From Gemmatimonadales bacterium (lineage in GTDB: Bacteria > Gemmatimonadota > Gemmatimonadetes > Gemmatimonadales > GWC2-71-9), in NCBI GenBank assembly GCA_041613315.1, contig JBFJHJ010000009.1, positions 11,607 through 75,606 of the forward strand: a DNA stretch of 64,000 nucleotides, written 5' to 3'. Below are positions 10,525 through 19,005 of this stretch, piece after piece. The notes below the pieces were generated by a model. It did not search any database, was not told the origin of the DNA, and was given only the letters and a program-made list of their open reading frames with translations. The translations under genes and the position numbers were made by a program. How positions within the stretch are numbered: position 1 is the stretch's first letter; the number at the start of each line of letters is the position of its first letter.

Positions 10525-12066
10525 ATGGCGGGCTGCCGGCTCAGGCTGTGGCGCTACGGCCGGGGGCGCCTGCGGCCGGTGGTGGGGTGTGAGGGCGTGG
10601 TGCCGCCGGCGGTGCTGATCGACGAGGCCGGCCGCGCGAGCCCGGCCCCCGGGCGGCGACGCCTCACCCCGATCACGGGCCTCGACGGCTATTGGTTCGA
10701 GGTCGTGGATCCGGCGCGCGATCCCGAGGAAACCGAGCGCGTCCTGGCCCCGCTCCTGGCGCGCCTCCTCGACACCGAGCGCGACACTCTCCGGCTCGCC
10801 AAGGAGCTGACCTCCCGTTTGGAGGAGATCGAGCTTCTCTACACGATCAGCGAGGCACTGGGCCGCACGATCCGGCTCGAGGAGGCGGCCCAAACGATCG
10901 TGCGCGAGGTGAGCGCCGTGGTGGGTGCGCGCCGAGCGTCGATCTTCGTGTACGATGAGAGCACGGGGGCCCTCCGGCCGGTCGCCGCGATCGGGAAGGA
11001 CGCCTCGCAGCTGAGCGCGGTCCCCAGCGACGATCCCGACTCGATCACCGCGCGCGTGTTTCGCGAGGCGCGGATGATATCGCACGATCCGCGGGCGCCG
11101 GAGGGGGCGCGTCCGAGCGGGGACGTGAGCCGCGGCTACCGGGGGACCGCGTTCCTCTCGGCGCCGATCCTCTATCCGGCGGCCGACGGGTCGCCGCGGG
11201 CGGTCGGGGTCATCAACCTCACCGACCGTCTCGGGGCCGACGCGTTCAGCGGCGGCGAGGGGCGTCTGGTGGGGGCGATTGCCAACCAGATCGGCGCCGC
11301 GATCGAGAACGCGCGCCTCGTGCAGCGCGACGCTGCGCGCCAGCGATTGACGCACGAGCTGGAACTGGCGCACGACCTCCAGCTCAAGCTGCTGCCGTCG
11401 CCGGAGGTGCTGAGCGGCGCCGTCGACGTGGCAGCCCGGTGCGTGCCGGCCGAGACGGTGGGCGGCGACTTCTACCATCTGGTCCAGCTGCCGGGTGAGC
11501 GCGTCGGCGTCATGTTGGGCGATGTCTCCTCACGCGGCTTCCCCGCGGCGCTGATCATGGCGCTCGTGCTGTCCGCCGCCGGCATCCATGCCGAGGAGGC
11601 GGCGTCCCCCGACGGGACGCTGCGGCGATTGCTCGATTCGGTGGAGGACGAGCTGGCCGAGACCGAGATGCACCTCTCCCTCTTCTACGGCGTGGCGGAC
11701 CCCGCCGGCAGCCGCCTCCGCTACGCCAATGCGGGCCATCCGCATGCCTTCCGCTTGACGCCGCACGGCGTGGCGGAGCGGCTGGGGGCGACGTCGCCGC
11801 CCCTCGGGCTCAGTGAGCGTACGGCACTCGCGGCCGCCGAGACGCCGTGGGAGCCGGGACGGGACGTGCTGCTCCTCTTCTCGGACGGCCTCACCGACGC
11901 GCAGCAGGCGTTGGGCGAGGTGTTCGGCGAGGACCGCGTCGTGGCGACCGCCCTCGCGCACCGCACCGAGCCTGCGGCAGCGATCGTGGACGCCGTGTTC
12001 CGCGAGGTCGAGGCGTTCGCTCCGGAGCGAAGCGACGATCGCACGATCCTCGTGCTGCGCACGTAG
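10525..12066 (+). CDS. GAF-domain PP2C-type Ser phosphatase (RsbU/SpoIIE-like); start uncertain
   Basis: GAF region then VGGDFY, GDVSSRG, ANAGHP, FSDGLTD, DDRT. Confidence 0.9.
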   Translation: MAGCRLRLWRYGRGRLRPVVGCEGVVPPAVLIDEAGRASPAPGRRRLTPITGLDGYWFEVVDPARDPEETERVLAPLLARLLDTERDTLRLAKELTSRLEEIELLYTISEALGRTIRLEEAAQTIVREVSAVVGARRASIFVYDESTGALRPVAAIGKDASQLSAVPSDDPDSITARVFREARMISHDPRAPEGARPSGDVSRGYRGTAFLSAPILYPAADGSPRAVGVINLTDRLGADAFSGGEGRLVGAIANQIGAAIENARLVQRDAARQRLTHELELAHDLQLKLLPSPEVLSGAVDVAARCVPAETVGGDFYHLVQLPGERVGVMLGDVSSRGFPAALIMALVLSAAGIHAEEAASPDGTLRRLLDSVEDELAETEMHLSLFYGVADPAGSRLRYANAGHPHAFRLTPHGVAERLGATSPPLGLSERTALAAAETPWEPGRDVLLLFSDGLTDAQQALGEVFGEDRVVATALAHRTEPAAAIVDAVFREVEAFAPERSDDRTILVLRT

Positions 12067-12893
12067 TGGGCCGTCGCCTCGGTCAGCACTTCCTCACCGA
12101 CCCCGCCATCTTGGACCGGATCGTGGACGCCCTCGATCCGGCTCCCGACGACGTCGTGATCGAGATCGGGCCGGGGCACGGGACCCTGACCGCGCGGCTG
12201 GCGCCGCGGGTGGGGCGGGTGATCGCGATCGAAAAGGACCGGCGCCTCGCCGAGCAGCTCGACGATGCGGTGCGCCGCGCGGCGGGCCACGACGTCGCGC
12301 GGCGGGTGTCCGCGGTCGAGGGGGACGCCCTCCGGCTCGATTGGCAGGCGCTCGCGGGCTCACCGACGGGTCCCGCTCGCGGCGCACCGCTCACGCCCGT
12401 TAAGGTCGTCGGCAACATCCCGTACTACATCACGTCGCCGCTCATCGAGCGGGCCCTGGCGGCGCCCCCGCCCCGTGTCGTCGTTCTGCTGGTGCAGCGG
12501 GAAGTGGCCGAGCGGCTCGCCGCCCAACCCGGCGGCAAGACGTACGGCGCGCTCACCGTGGGAGTTCAAGCCGTCGCGCACGTCGAGCTGCTGTTCGTGG
12601 TGCGCGCCGGCTCGTTCGCGCCGCCGCCGGCCGTCGACTCGGCAGTGGTGCGCTTCAAGCCGCTCGCGACCCCGCTCGTCGGTCCCGAACGCCAGGCCCA
12701 GTTCCGCCGCTTCGTCACCGCCCTGTTCGGCCAGCGACGCAAACAGCTCGTCCGGAGCCTCCGAAGCGTGGCCGGCCTCGAGCGCGACGAAGCGGCGGCG
12801 CTCCTGACCGACACGGAAGTGGACCCCGCATCGCGTCCCGAAGTCCTCTCGCCCCAGGCACTTGTGCGCCTGTTCCTGGCCGTGGCGCGTTGA
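12066..12893 (+). CDS. rsmA: 16S rRNA adenine dimethyltransferase
   Basis: LGQHFL, IEIGPGHGTLT, VVGNIPYYITSP, VQREVAERL, PPPAVDSAVV; GTG start overlaps the upstream stop. Confidence 0.95.
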   Translation: MGRRLGQHFLTDPAILDRIVDALDPAPDDVVIEIGPGHGTLTARLAPRVGRVIAIEKDRRLAEQLDDAVRRAAGHDVARRVSAVEGDALRLDWQALAGSPTGPARGAPLTPVKVVGNIPYYITSPLIERALAAPPPRVVVLLVQREVAERLAAQPGGKTYGALTVGVQAVAHVELLFVVRAGSFAPPPAVDSAVVRFKPLATPLVGPERQAQFRRFVTALFGQRRKQLVRSLRSVAGLERDEAAALLTDTEVDPASRPEVLSPQALVRLFLAVAR

Positions 12894-12919
12894 CGGATCT
12901 CCCCAGGGCGGTGTAAGTT
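12890..12919 (+). promoter_or_regulatory. Putative sigma70 promoter of rex
   Basis: TTGACG (12890-12895), 18 nt spacer, TAAGTT (12914-12919). Confidence 0.5.
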
Positions 12920-12935
12920 GTGAAAAATTTCACAA
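12918..12935. promoter_or_regulatory. Rex operator
   Basis: TTGTGAAAAATTTCACAA matches the Rex consensus TTGTGAA-N4-TTCACAA exactly; AT-rich palindrome in GC-rich DNA, 6 nt before the rex ATG. Confidence 0.92.
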
Positions 12936-12941
12936 TACGCG

Positions 12942-13562
12942 ATGCCCAAGGTTGCCGAGTCCACGATACGGAGGCTGTCCCTGTATCTCCGGTTCCTCGA
13001 GGAGTTCGAGGAGCAGGGGATCGCGACGGTGAGTTCCGAGGCGCTCGCCCAGCGCGGCGCCACGACCTCGGCCCAGGTGCGCAAGGACCTCTCGTTCTTC
13101 GGCTCGTTCGGCAAGCGCGGCCTCGGCTACGCCGTCCCGGCGCTGGTCCGGCGCCTGCGGGATATCCTCGGCCTCGAGCGCGGCTACCGCGTGGCCGTGA
13201 TCGGTGCGGGTAAGATGGGGAGCGCGCTCGTGCAGTACCGCGGCTTCACGCAGCGGGGCTTCCGCGTGACGGCGGTGTACGACAACGACCCCGCCAAGGT
13301 CGGCACGCGTTGGAACGGGGTCGAGGTACGCCACGAGCGACACCTCGAGTCGGATTTCGGTGCCCGGCCCGTGGACATCGCCATCATCGCCACGCCGGCG
13401 GCGGCCGCGCAGCCGATGGCGGAACGGCTGATACGGGCCGGCGTCAAGGCGATCCTCAACTTCGCGCCCGTGCCGCTCGCGCTACCGGACGATATCGCGG
13501 TGAAGGATGTGAACATGGCGCTCGAGCTCGAGACGTTGAGCTACGCGCTTCGCAACCGGTAG
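12942..13562 (+). CDS. rex: Redox-sensing transcriptional repressor Rex
   Basis: TIRRLSLYLRFL, SAQVRKDLSFFGSFGKRGLGY, GAGKMG Rossmann motif, AILNFAP. Confidence 0.97.
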   Translation: MPKVAESTIRRLSLYLRFLEEFEEQGIATVSSEALAQRGATTSAQVRKDLSFFGSFGKRGLGYAVPALVRRLRDILGLERGYRVAVIGAGKMGSALVQYRGFTQRGFRVTAVYDNDPAKVGTRWNGVEVRHERHLESDFGARPVDIAIIATPAAAAQPMAERLIRAGVKAILNFAPVPLALPDDIAVKDVNMALELETLSYALRNR

Positions 13563-13571
13563 ATTGGGGCC

Positions 13572-14804
13572 ATGTCGCCCGTCCACGTGACCTCGGAGAT
13601 CGGCCCGTTACGGGCCGTCTTGGTGCATACCCCCGGCAACGAGCTGCTCGCCGTCACGCCAGGCACCCGCGAAGATTATCTCTACACCGACATCATCGAC
13701 GTAGAGTTTGCCCAGCGGGAGCACCGGCGCATGGTGGCCGTGTTGGAGCGCTTCGCGGAGGTGTACGAAGTCGCCGACGTGATCGCCGACGTCATGGCCC
13801 GCACGGACGTGCGGGAGTTCCTGATCGCGCGGACGACGGATGTCGTGCCGTCCGATGCCCTGGCGCGGCGCCTCGCCGATCTCCCCACCGGCGAGTTGGT
13901 GACCCTGCTGATCGAGGGGGACGCTGAAGAGGGCGGACCGATCGCCAAAGCGCTCAACGAGGTCGGCTACGCGTTGCCACCCGTTCCCAACCTCTTCTTC
14001 ACGCGGGACATCGGCATCGTGATCGGGGAGCACGCCGTGATCGGGTCGATGCGGCACGAGGCCCGCTGGAGCGAGGAGCTCCTGATCAAGGCGCTGTTCC
14101 AGTTCCACCCGACGTTCTCCAACGCCGGCATTCTGTACGACGGTGCCGAGGAGCGGCGGCTGACGTATACCCTCGAAGGAGGCGACGTCCACCCCCTGCG
14201 CGAGGATCTGCTCCTGCTCGGATTCAGCTCCCGATCGAGCCCCGCCGCGCTCGACCACCTCTGCAGCGTCCTCTTCGAGCGGACACCTATCAGTGAGGTC
14301 ATCGTCGTCGTCATGCCGGGGGAGCGCGCGGCGATTCATCTGGACATGGTCTTCACGCAGGTGGATCGCGAACAATGCGTGATCTACCCGCCGCACTTCG
14401 TCGGGCCCGAGCGACTGGCCGTGCTGCATCGGCGCAAGGGAACCGCGGGCGTCCGGGAGATGCCCAATTTCTTCGCGGCGCTGCAGGCCGTGCACCTTCC
14501 GATGGAGCCGGTCCTGTGCGGAGGCGCCCACCGGGGCGTGCAGGAGCGGGAGCAGTGGGCGTCGGCGTGCAACCTCGTGGCGGTGCGGCCGGGCGTGGCC
14601 CTCGCCTACAAACGCAACGACGCGACGCTCCGGGAGCTGGAGGCGGCGGGGTTCGGGATGGTGGACGCGGTGGATTTCCTCACCGGCGACACCACGCTCG
14701 ACGACGACGAGCGGGCCGTGATCCTCGTTGACGGCAGCGAGCTGGTCCGGGGTGGCGGCGGCCCCCGGTGCATGACGCTTCCCCTGATCCGGGACGACCC
14801 GTGA
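13572..14804 (+). CDS. arcA: Arginine deiminase
   Basis: VTSEIGPLRAVLVHTPG.E, PNLFFTRD, LEGGD, IHLDMVFTQVD, REQW, SELVRGGGGPRCMT (catalytic Cys). Confidence 0.93.
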   Translation: MSPVHVTSEIGPLRAVLVHTPGNELLAVTPGTREDYLYTDIIDVEFAQREHRRMVAVLERFAEVYEVADVIADVMARTDVREFLIARTTDVVPSDALARRLADLPTGELVTLLIEGDAEEGGPIAKALNEVGYALPPVPNLFFTRDIGIVIGEHAVIGSMRHEARWSEELLIKALFQFHPTFSNAGILYDGAEERRLTYTLEGGDVHPLREDLLLLGFSSRSSPAALDHLCSVLFERTPISEVIVVVMPGERAAIHLDMVFTQVDREQCVIYPPHFVGPERLAVLHRRKGTAGVREMPNFFAALQAVHLPMEPVLCGGAHRGVQEREQWASACNLVAVRPGVALAYKRNDATLRELEAAGFGMVDAVDFLTGDTTLDDDERAVILVDGSELVRGGGGPRCMTLPLIRDDP

Positions 14805-15649
14805 AGCCGGCGGGGGTGGAAGTGGCGCGGCAAGGCACGCTGGTTGATCGCGCGCTGCAGTTTCTGACGGACGCGCCCGCGCCGAGTGCGGTCCTCGCCC
14901 GGGACGTTCTGGGGCTCACGACCGCGTCACGGGCGGTGGCTGAGCGCGTGATCGTAGCACTGCTCGGCAGCCATCCCCGGGTGCGGCGTCTGGGCGATGG
15001 GCGATGGGCGCTGGTCGGAGCCCCGGGTGTCTCGCCCCGACTCGACGCCGTCACCTACGCCGTGGTGGACGTGGAGACGACCGGAAGTCGGGCCGCGAGC
15101 GGCGACCGTATCACCGAGATCGCCGTCGTCGCCGTGGCAGGGGGTCGGATCGAAACGGTGTTCGAGTCCCTCGTGAACCCCGAGCGACCGATCCCGTCGG
15201 CGGTCACCGCCGTCACGCGGATCACGGCAGAGATGGTGCAGGGCCGGCCCCGTTTCGGCGAGGTCGCCGATGAGGTGGTGGCGACGCTGGCAGGACGCGT
15301 GTTCGTGGGCCACAACGTACGGTTCGATTGGGGGTTTGTCGCATCCGAGGTGGCCCGGACGCGGGATCTGGCCCTCGATGGCCCGCGGCTGTGCACGCGC
15401 CTCCTGGCGCGTCGCCTGATCCCCGGGCTCCGCTCGCGGAGTCTGGACAGCGTGGCGACGTATTTCGGCGTCGAGATCGAGGCCCGTCACCGCGCGGGCG
15501 GCGACGCTCGGGCCACGGCGCGGATTCTCCAGCGGCTGCTGACCCTCGCGGAGGAGCGGGGTGCGGTCACGCTGGACGATCTCGCGGCGCTGGCCCGCAA
15601 GCGGCGTCGGCACAAGAGCGCGCTCCCTACGCCCATGTCCGAAGCCTGA
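14801..15649 (+). CDS. DEDDh 3'-5' exonuclease (DnaQ/PolC-exonuclease-like)
   Basis: VVDVETTG, GHNVRFD, HRAGGDARAT. Confidence 0.9.
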   Translation: MKPAGVEVARQGTLVDRALQFLTDAPAPSAVLARDVLGLTTASRAVAERVIVALLGSHPRVRRLGDGRWALVGAPGVSPRLDAVTYAVVDVETTGSRAASGDRITEIAVVAVAGGRIETVFESLVNPERPIPSAVTAVTRITAEMVQGRPRFGEVADEVVATLAGRVFVGHNVRFDWGFVASEVARTRDLALDGPRLCTRLLARRLIPGLRSRSLDSVATYFGVEIEARHRAGGDARATARILQRLLTLAEERGAVTLDDLAALARKRRRHKSALPTPMSEA

Positions 15650-15650
15650 C

Positions 15651-16553
15651 ATGGGGCTGGCCACACCGCTCCGGCTGGGCCGGCTCCGATGCTACGTGTT
15701 GGACGCCGGGCGCCAGCGCCTCGACGGCGGCGCGATGTTCGGTGTCGTGCCGAAGCCCTTATGGGAGCGCCGGAGCGCTCCTGACGACCGGAACCGCATC
15801 CTCCTCGGGCTCAACTGCCTGCTGATCGAGCACGACGACGGGCCGGTGCTGGTGGACAACGGGATCGGCAACAAGGAATCCGACAAGTTCCTCGACATCT
15901 ACGGGGTGGAGAACGACGGTCGGCGGGGCCGCACGCGTCTGGAGGACGCGCTGGCGGAGGCGGGCCTGGCGCCGGAGGACGTGCGGTGGGTCGTGAACAC
16001 CCACCTCCACTTTGATCATGCGGGTGGCAACACATTCGTGGAGCGGCAGACGCGCCAGCAGCCGGCGGAGCCGCAGCTCGCGTTTCCCCACGCGACCTAC
16101 GTGGTGCAGGGCAAGGAGCTCGAGTTCGCCCGGCACACCAACGAGCGGACGGCGGCGAGCTATCTGCCCCCGAACTTCGAGCCGGTGGCGCGCGCAGAGC
16201 GGTGGCGGCTGGTGCAGGGCGACACGGAGCTCCTCCCGGGCATCCGGCTGTTCCCGACGCCGGGGCACGTTCCCCATCACCAGTCCGTGTTGGTGACCAG
16301 TGGGGGTGAGACGCTGTGCTTTCTCGCCGACCTCGTGCCGACGGCGGCGCATCTGCCGCTCCCCTGGATCATGGGGTATGATCTAGAGCCCCTCGTCACG
16401 CTGGAGACGAAGCGGCGGGTGCTGGGTCAAGCCGAGGCAAACGGGTGGGTCCTGCTCTTCGAGCACGATGCCGAGCGGCCGACGGGGCGGGTCGTGCGCG
16501 AGGGTCGGTCGTTTGGGTATGCGCCGCTTGACACGTTCCCGGGGGGCGCCTAG
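15651..16553 (+). CDS. MBL-fold metallo-hydrolase (YtnP-like)
   Basis: LDGGAMFGVVPKPLW, THLHFDHAGG, TPGH, WIMGYD. Confidence 0.9.
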   Translation: MGLATPLRLGRLRCYVLDAGRQRLDGGAMFGVVPKPLWERRSAPDDRNRILLGLNCLLIEHDDGPVLVDNGIGNKESDKFLDIYGVENDGRRGRTRLEDALAEAGLAPEDVRWVVNTHLHFDHAGGNTFVERQTRQQPAEPQLAFPHATYVVQGKELEFARHTNERTAASYLPPNFEPVARAERWRLVQGDTELLPGIRLFPTPGHVPHHQSVLVTSGGETLCFLADLVPTAAHLPLPWIMGYDLEPLVTLETKRRVLGQAEANGWVLLFEHDAERPTGRVVREGRSFGYAPLDTFPGGA

Positions 16554-16556
16554 CTT
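16528..16556 (+). promoter_or_regulatory. sigma70 promoter of the infC-rpmI-rplT operon
   Basis: TTGACA (16528-16533), 17 nt spacer, TAGCTT (16551-16556). Confidence 0.7.
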
Positions 16557-16562
16557 CAGGCA

Positions 16563-16713
16563 ACAACTTGTCAAGTAAGCGCTTCGGCGCTTCACCCTCC
16601 TGCCCCCGGCCGCACGCCGGGCGAGCGTTCAGGGTTTCCGAGCGTCGAGGGGCGCGCGAGCGTTCCCGCAGGTACGGATCCCGGGAGGCGTGGCATCGGG
16701 ATCCATTTTTTTT
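16563..16713 (+). ncRNA. Putative L20-leader-like cis-regulatory RNA / attenuator
   Basis: Lies between the promoter and infC; 5' hairpin AAGCGC-UUCG-GCGCUU followed by CACC; ends in an intrinsic terminator. Confidence 0.55.
16676..16713 (+). terminator. Intrinsic terminator in the infC leader
   Basis: GGATCCCG...CGGGATCC 8-bp stem followed by A and an 8-T run. Confidence 0.75.
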
Positions 16714-16742
16714 GCGGACCCCAACGGTAAGGAGACGCGTCA

Positions 16743-17279
16743 CTGGCGAATTTCGACGACAAGCAGCAGCAGCGGGTGCGGGTGAACGAACAGATCCGCT
16801 TGAGTCCGGTGCGCCTGATCGGCGCCGATGGCGAGCAGGTCGGCATCGTGCCGGTGGAAGAGGCGCTCCGGGCCGCGCGCGAGCGAGATCTGGATCTCGT
16901 CGAGGTGGCCCCGGCGGCCCGCCCCCCCGTGGTCAAGATCATGGATTACGGGAAGTTCCGCTTCGAGCAGGCGAAGGCCGCTCGCGCGGCGCGCAAGAAG
17001 CAACACAACATCCAGGTCAAAGAGGTGAAGTACCGGCCGGGTATCAGCGATCATGACTTCGCGTTCAAGACCCGGCACGCGCGCAACTTCCTGGAAGAAG
17101 GCAACAAGGTGAAGCTGACCATGATGTTTCGCGGTCGGCAGGTCACCCATCCGGAGCTTGGCCAGGATGTGCTGAACCGAGTCTTCGAGGCGGTGAAGGA
17201 CGTCGGCAAGATCGAGATCGAGCCGAAGCTCGAGGGCAGGAACATGACGATGGTGCTCGCGCCGAGGAGCGCCGGGTAA
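16743..17279 (+). CDS. infC: Translation initiation factor IF-3, probable CTG start
   Basis: RVNEQIR..VRLIG, DLVEVAP.ARPPVVKIMDYGKF, MFRGRQ; SD AAGGAG at 16729-16734 lies 8 nt before an in-frame CTG; in-frame TAA at 16728 limits the N-terminus. Confidence 0.93.
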   Translation: MANFDDKQQQRVRVNEQIRLSPVRLIGADGEQVGIVPVEEALRAARERDLDLVEVAPAARPPVVKIMDYGKFRFEQAKAARAARKKQHNIQVKEVKYRPGISDHDFAFKTRHARNFLEEGNKVKLTMMFRGRQVTHPELGQDVLNRVFEAVKDVGKIEIEPKLEGRNMTMVLAPRSAG

Positions 17280-17409
17280 CCCGGAGGACGGCGTGACGGG
17301 GTGACATCGAGCCCGCCGTGATGCGGTGGGGTGGATGTTGCTGGGCGGGGTTGCCGGGAGTCGTCGCCGTCACGCTGGCGGCGGCGGACTCAGGAAAGCG
17401 GAGCAGATG

Positions 17410-17604
17410 ATGCCCAAGCAGAAGACCAAGCGTGGTGCCGCGAAGCGCTTCAAGCTCACGGGGACGGGCAAGGTGCGGCGGCGTCGCGCATACAAGAGTC
17501 ACATTCTGACGAAGAAGCATCCCAAGCGGAAGCGGCGGCTGCGGCAGGCGACTCTCGTGTCGCCGGCGGATAGCCGGCGCATCAAGCGCCTGCTGGAGAC
17601 GTAG
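17410..17604 (+). CDS. rpmI: 50S ribosomal protein L35
   Basis: [22 protein letters not shown]...SHILTKK. Confidence 0.97.
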   Translation: MPKQKTKRGAAKRFKLTGTGKVRRRRAYKSHILTKKHPKRKRRLRQATLVSPADSRRIKRLLET

Positions 17605-17612
17605 GAGCGGCC

Positions 17613-17966
17613 ATGCCCAGAGTGAAGAACACCGTCGCCCGCCTCAAGCGGAAGAAGAAGATCCTGAAGGCCGCCAAGGGTGCCCGTGGCGGGCGCAGCA
17701 AGCTCTACAAGACGGCGAAGGAGAACGTCGAGCGCGGGCTCCGCTACGCGTACCGCGACCGGCGCAACCGGAAGCGGGACTTCCGCCGGCTGTGGATCGT
17801 CCGGATCAACGCGGCGGCCCGGCTGCACGAGCTCTCGTACAATCGGTTCATGTCGGGGCTGCGCAAAGCGGGCGTGGAGATCAACCGCAAGATGCTGGCG
17901 GATCTCGCCGTGCACGATCCGGCCGCGTTCGGCGAGCTGGCGGAGGTCGCCAAGAAGAGCCTATAG
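17613..17966 (+). CDS. rplT: 50S ribosomal protein L20
   Basis: MPRVK...[26 protein letters not shown]. Confidence 0.98.
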   Translation: MPRVKNTVARLKRKKKILKAAKGARGGRSKLYKTAKENVERGLRYAYRDRRNRKRDFRRLWIVRINAAARLHELSYNRFMSGLRKAGVEINRKMLADLAVHDPAAFGELAEVAKKSL

Positions 17967-17977
17967 GTCGCCCGGCC

Positions 17978-19003
17978 ATGTCCCGCGGGTCGCTCGAGCA
18001 GCAGCTCGATCAGGTGGAACGGGCGGTCGACCTGGTGTCCGGCGCCGACGCCACGACGCTGGTGGAGTTGCGGACCGCCCACCTCGGGCGGAAGGCCGGC
18101 CAACTCACCGAGATCCTCCGCTCGCTCGCCACGCTGCCGCCCGAAGAGCGGCGTCGCATCGGCGCCCGGGCTAACCAGCTCAAGAACCGGCTCGAAGAGG
18201 CGATCGCGGCCCGGGAGCGCGCCCTCGCCGCCGCCGAAGCGTCCCGGGAGACCCTCGACCCGACGATGCCCGGTCGACAGGTGTGGCGAGGGGCGATCCA
18301 TCCGATCACGGCCGTCGTGGACGAGATCTGCGAGATCTTCCGCGAGTTGGGGTTCACGCGCATCACGGGGACAGAGGCGGAGACCGTCGAGTACAACTTC
18401 ACCAAGCTCAACACGTCGCTCGACCACCCCGCCGCGGACATGCAGGACACGTTCTACCTGGGGCCCGGCAACCTGCTGCGGACCCACACCTCACCGATGC
18501 AGGCACGGACGATGGAGCGGTTCCCGCCCCCCATCCGGATCGTGGTGCCCGGGCAGGTGTATCGCCGTGACGCGTGGGACGCGTCCCACGCGCCCGTCTT
18601 CGAGCAGATCGAAGGCCTCGTGGTCGACGAGGGCGTGAGCTTCGTCGACTTCAAAGCCGCCATCGACTTCTTCGTGAAGCGATTCTTCTCGCCCGATACC
18701 GCCGTCCGGTTCCGGCCGTCCTTCTTCCCGTTCACCGAGCCGTCGGCCGAGGTGGACGTCCAGTGCCAGATCTGCGCAGGCGCGGGCTGTGCGACGTGCA
18801 AGCAGACGGGGTACCTGGAGATCATGGGTGCCGGGATGGTGGACCCCGCGGTGTTCGACGCGTGCGGCCTCGACAGCGAGCGCTACACCGGCTACGCCTT
18901 CGGCATGGGCCCGCACCGCATCGCCCTCTTGCGGTACGGGATCCCGCATATCCGGCTCTTGTGGGAGAACGACATGGGCTTCCTGGCGCAGTTCGCCGAC
19001 TGA
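17978..19003 (+). CDS. pheS: Phenylalanine-tRNA ligase alpha subunit
   Basis: HPAADMQDTFY, LLRTHTSPMQ, FRPSFFPFTEPS, AFGMG. Confidence 0.97.
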   Translation: MSRGSLEQQLDQVERAVDLVSGADATTLVELRTAHLGRKAGQLTEILRSLATLPPEERRRIGARANQLKNRLEEAIAARERALAAAEASRETLDPTMPGRQVWRGAIHPITAVVDEICEIFRELGFTRITGTEAETVEYNFTKLNTSLDHPAADMQDTFYLGPGNLLRTHTSPMQARTMERFPPPIRIVVPGQVYRRDAWDASHAPVFEQIEGLVVDEGVSFVDFKAAIDFFVKRFFSPDTAVRFRPSFFPFTEPSAEVDVQCQICAGAGCATCKQTGYLEIMGAGMVDPAVFDACGLDSERYTGYAFGMGPHRIALLRYGIPHIRLLWENDMGFLAQFAD

Positions 19004-19005
19004 CG

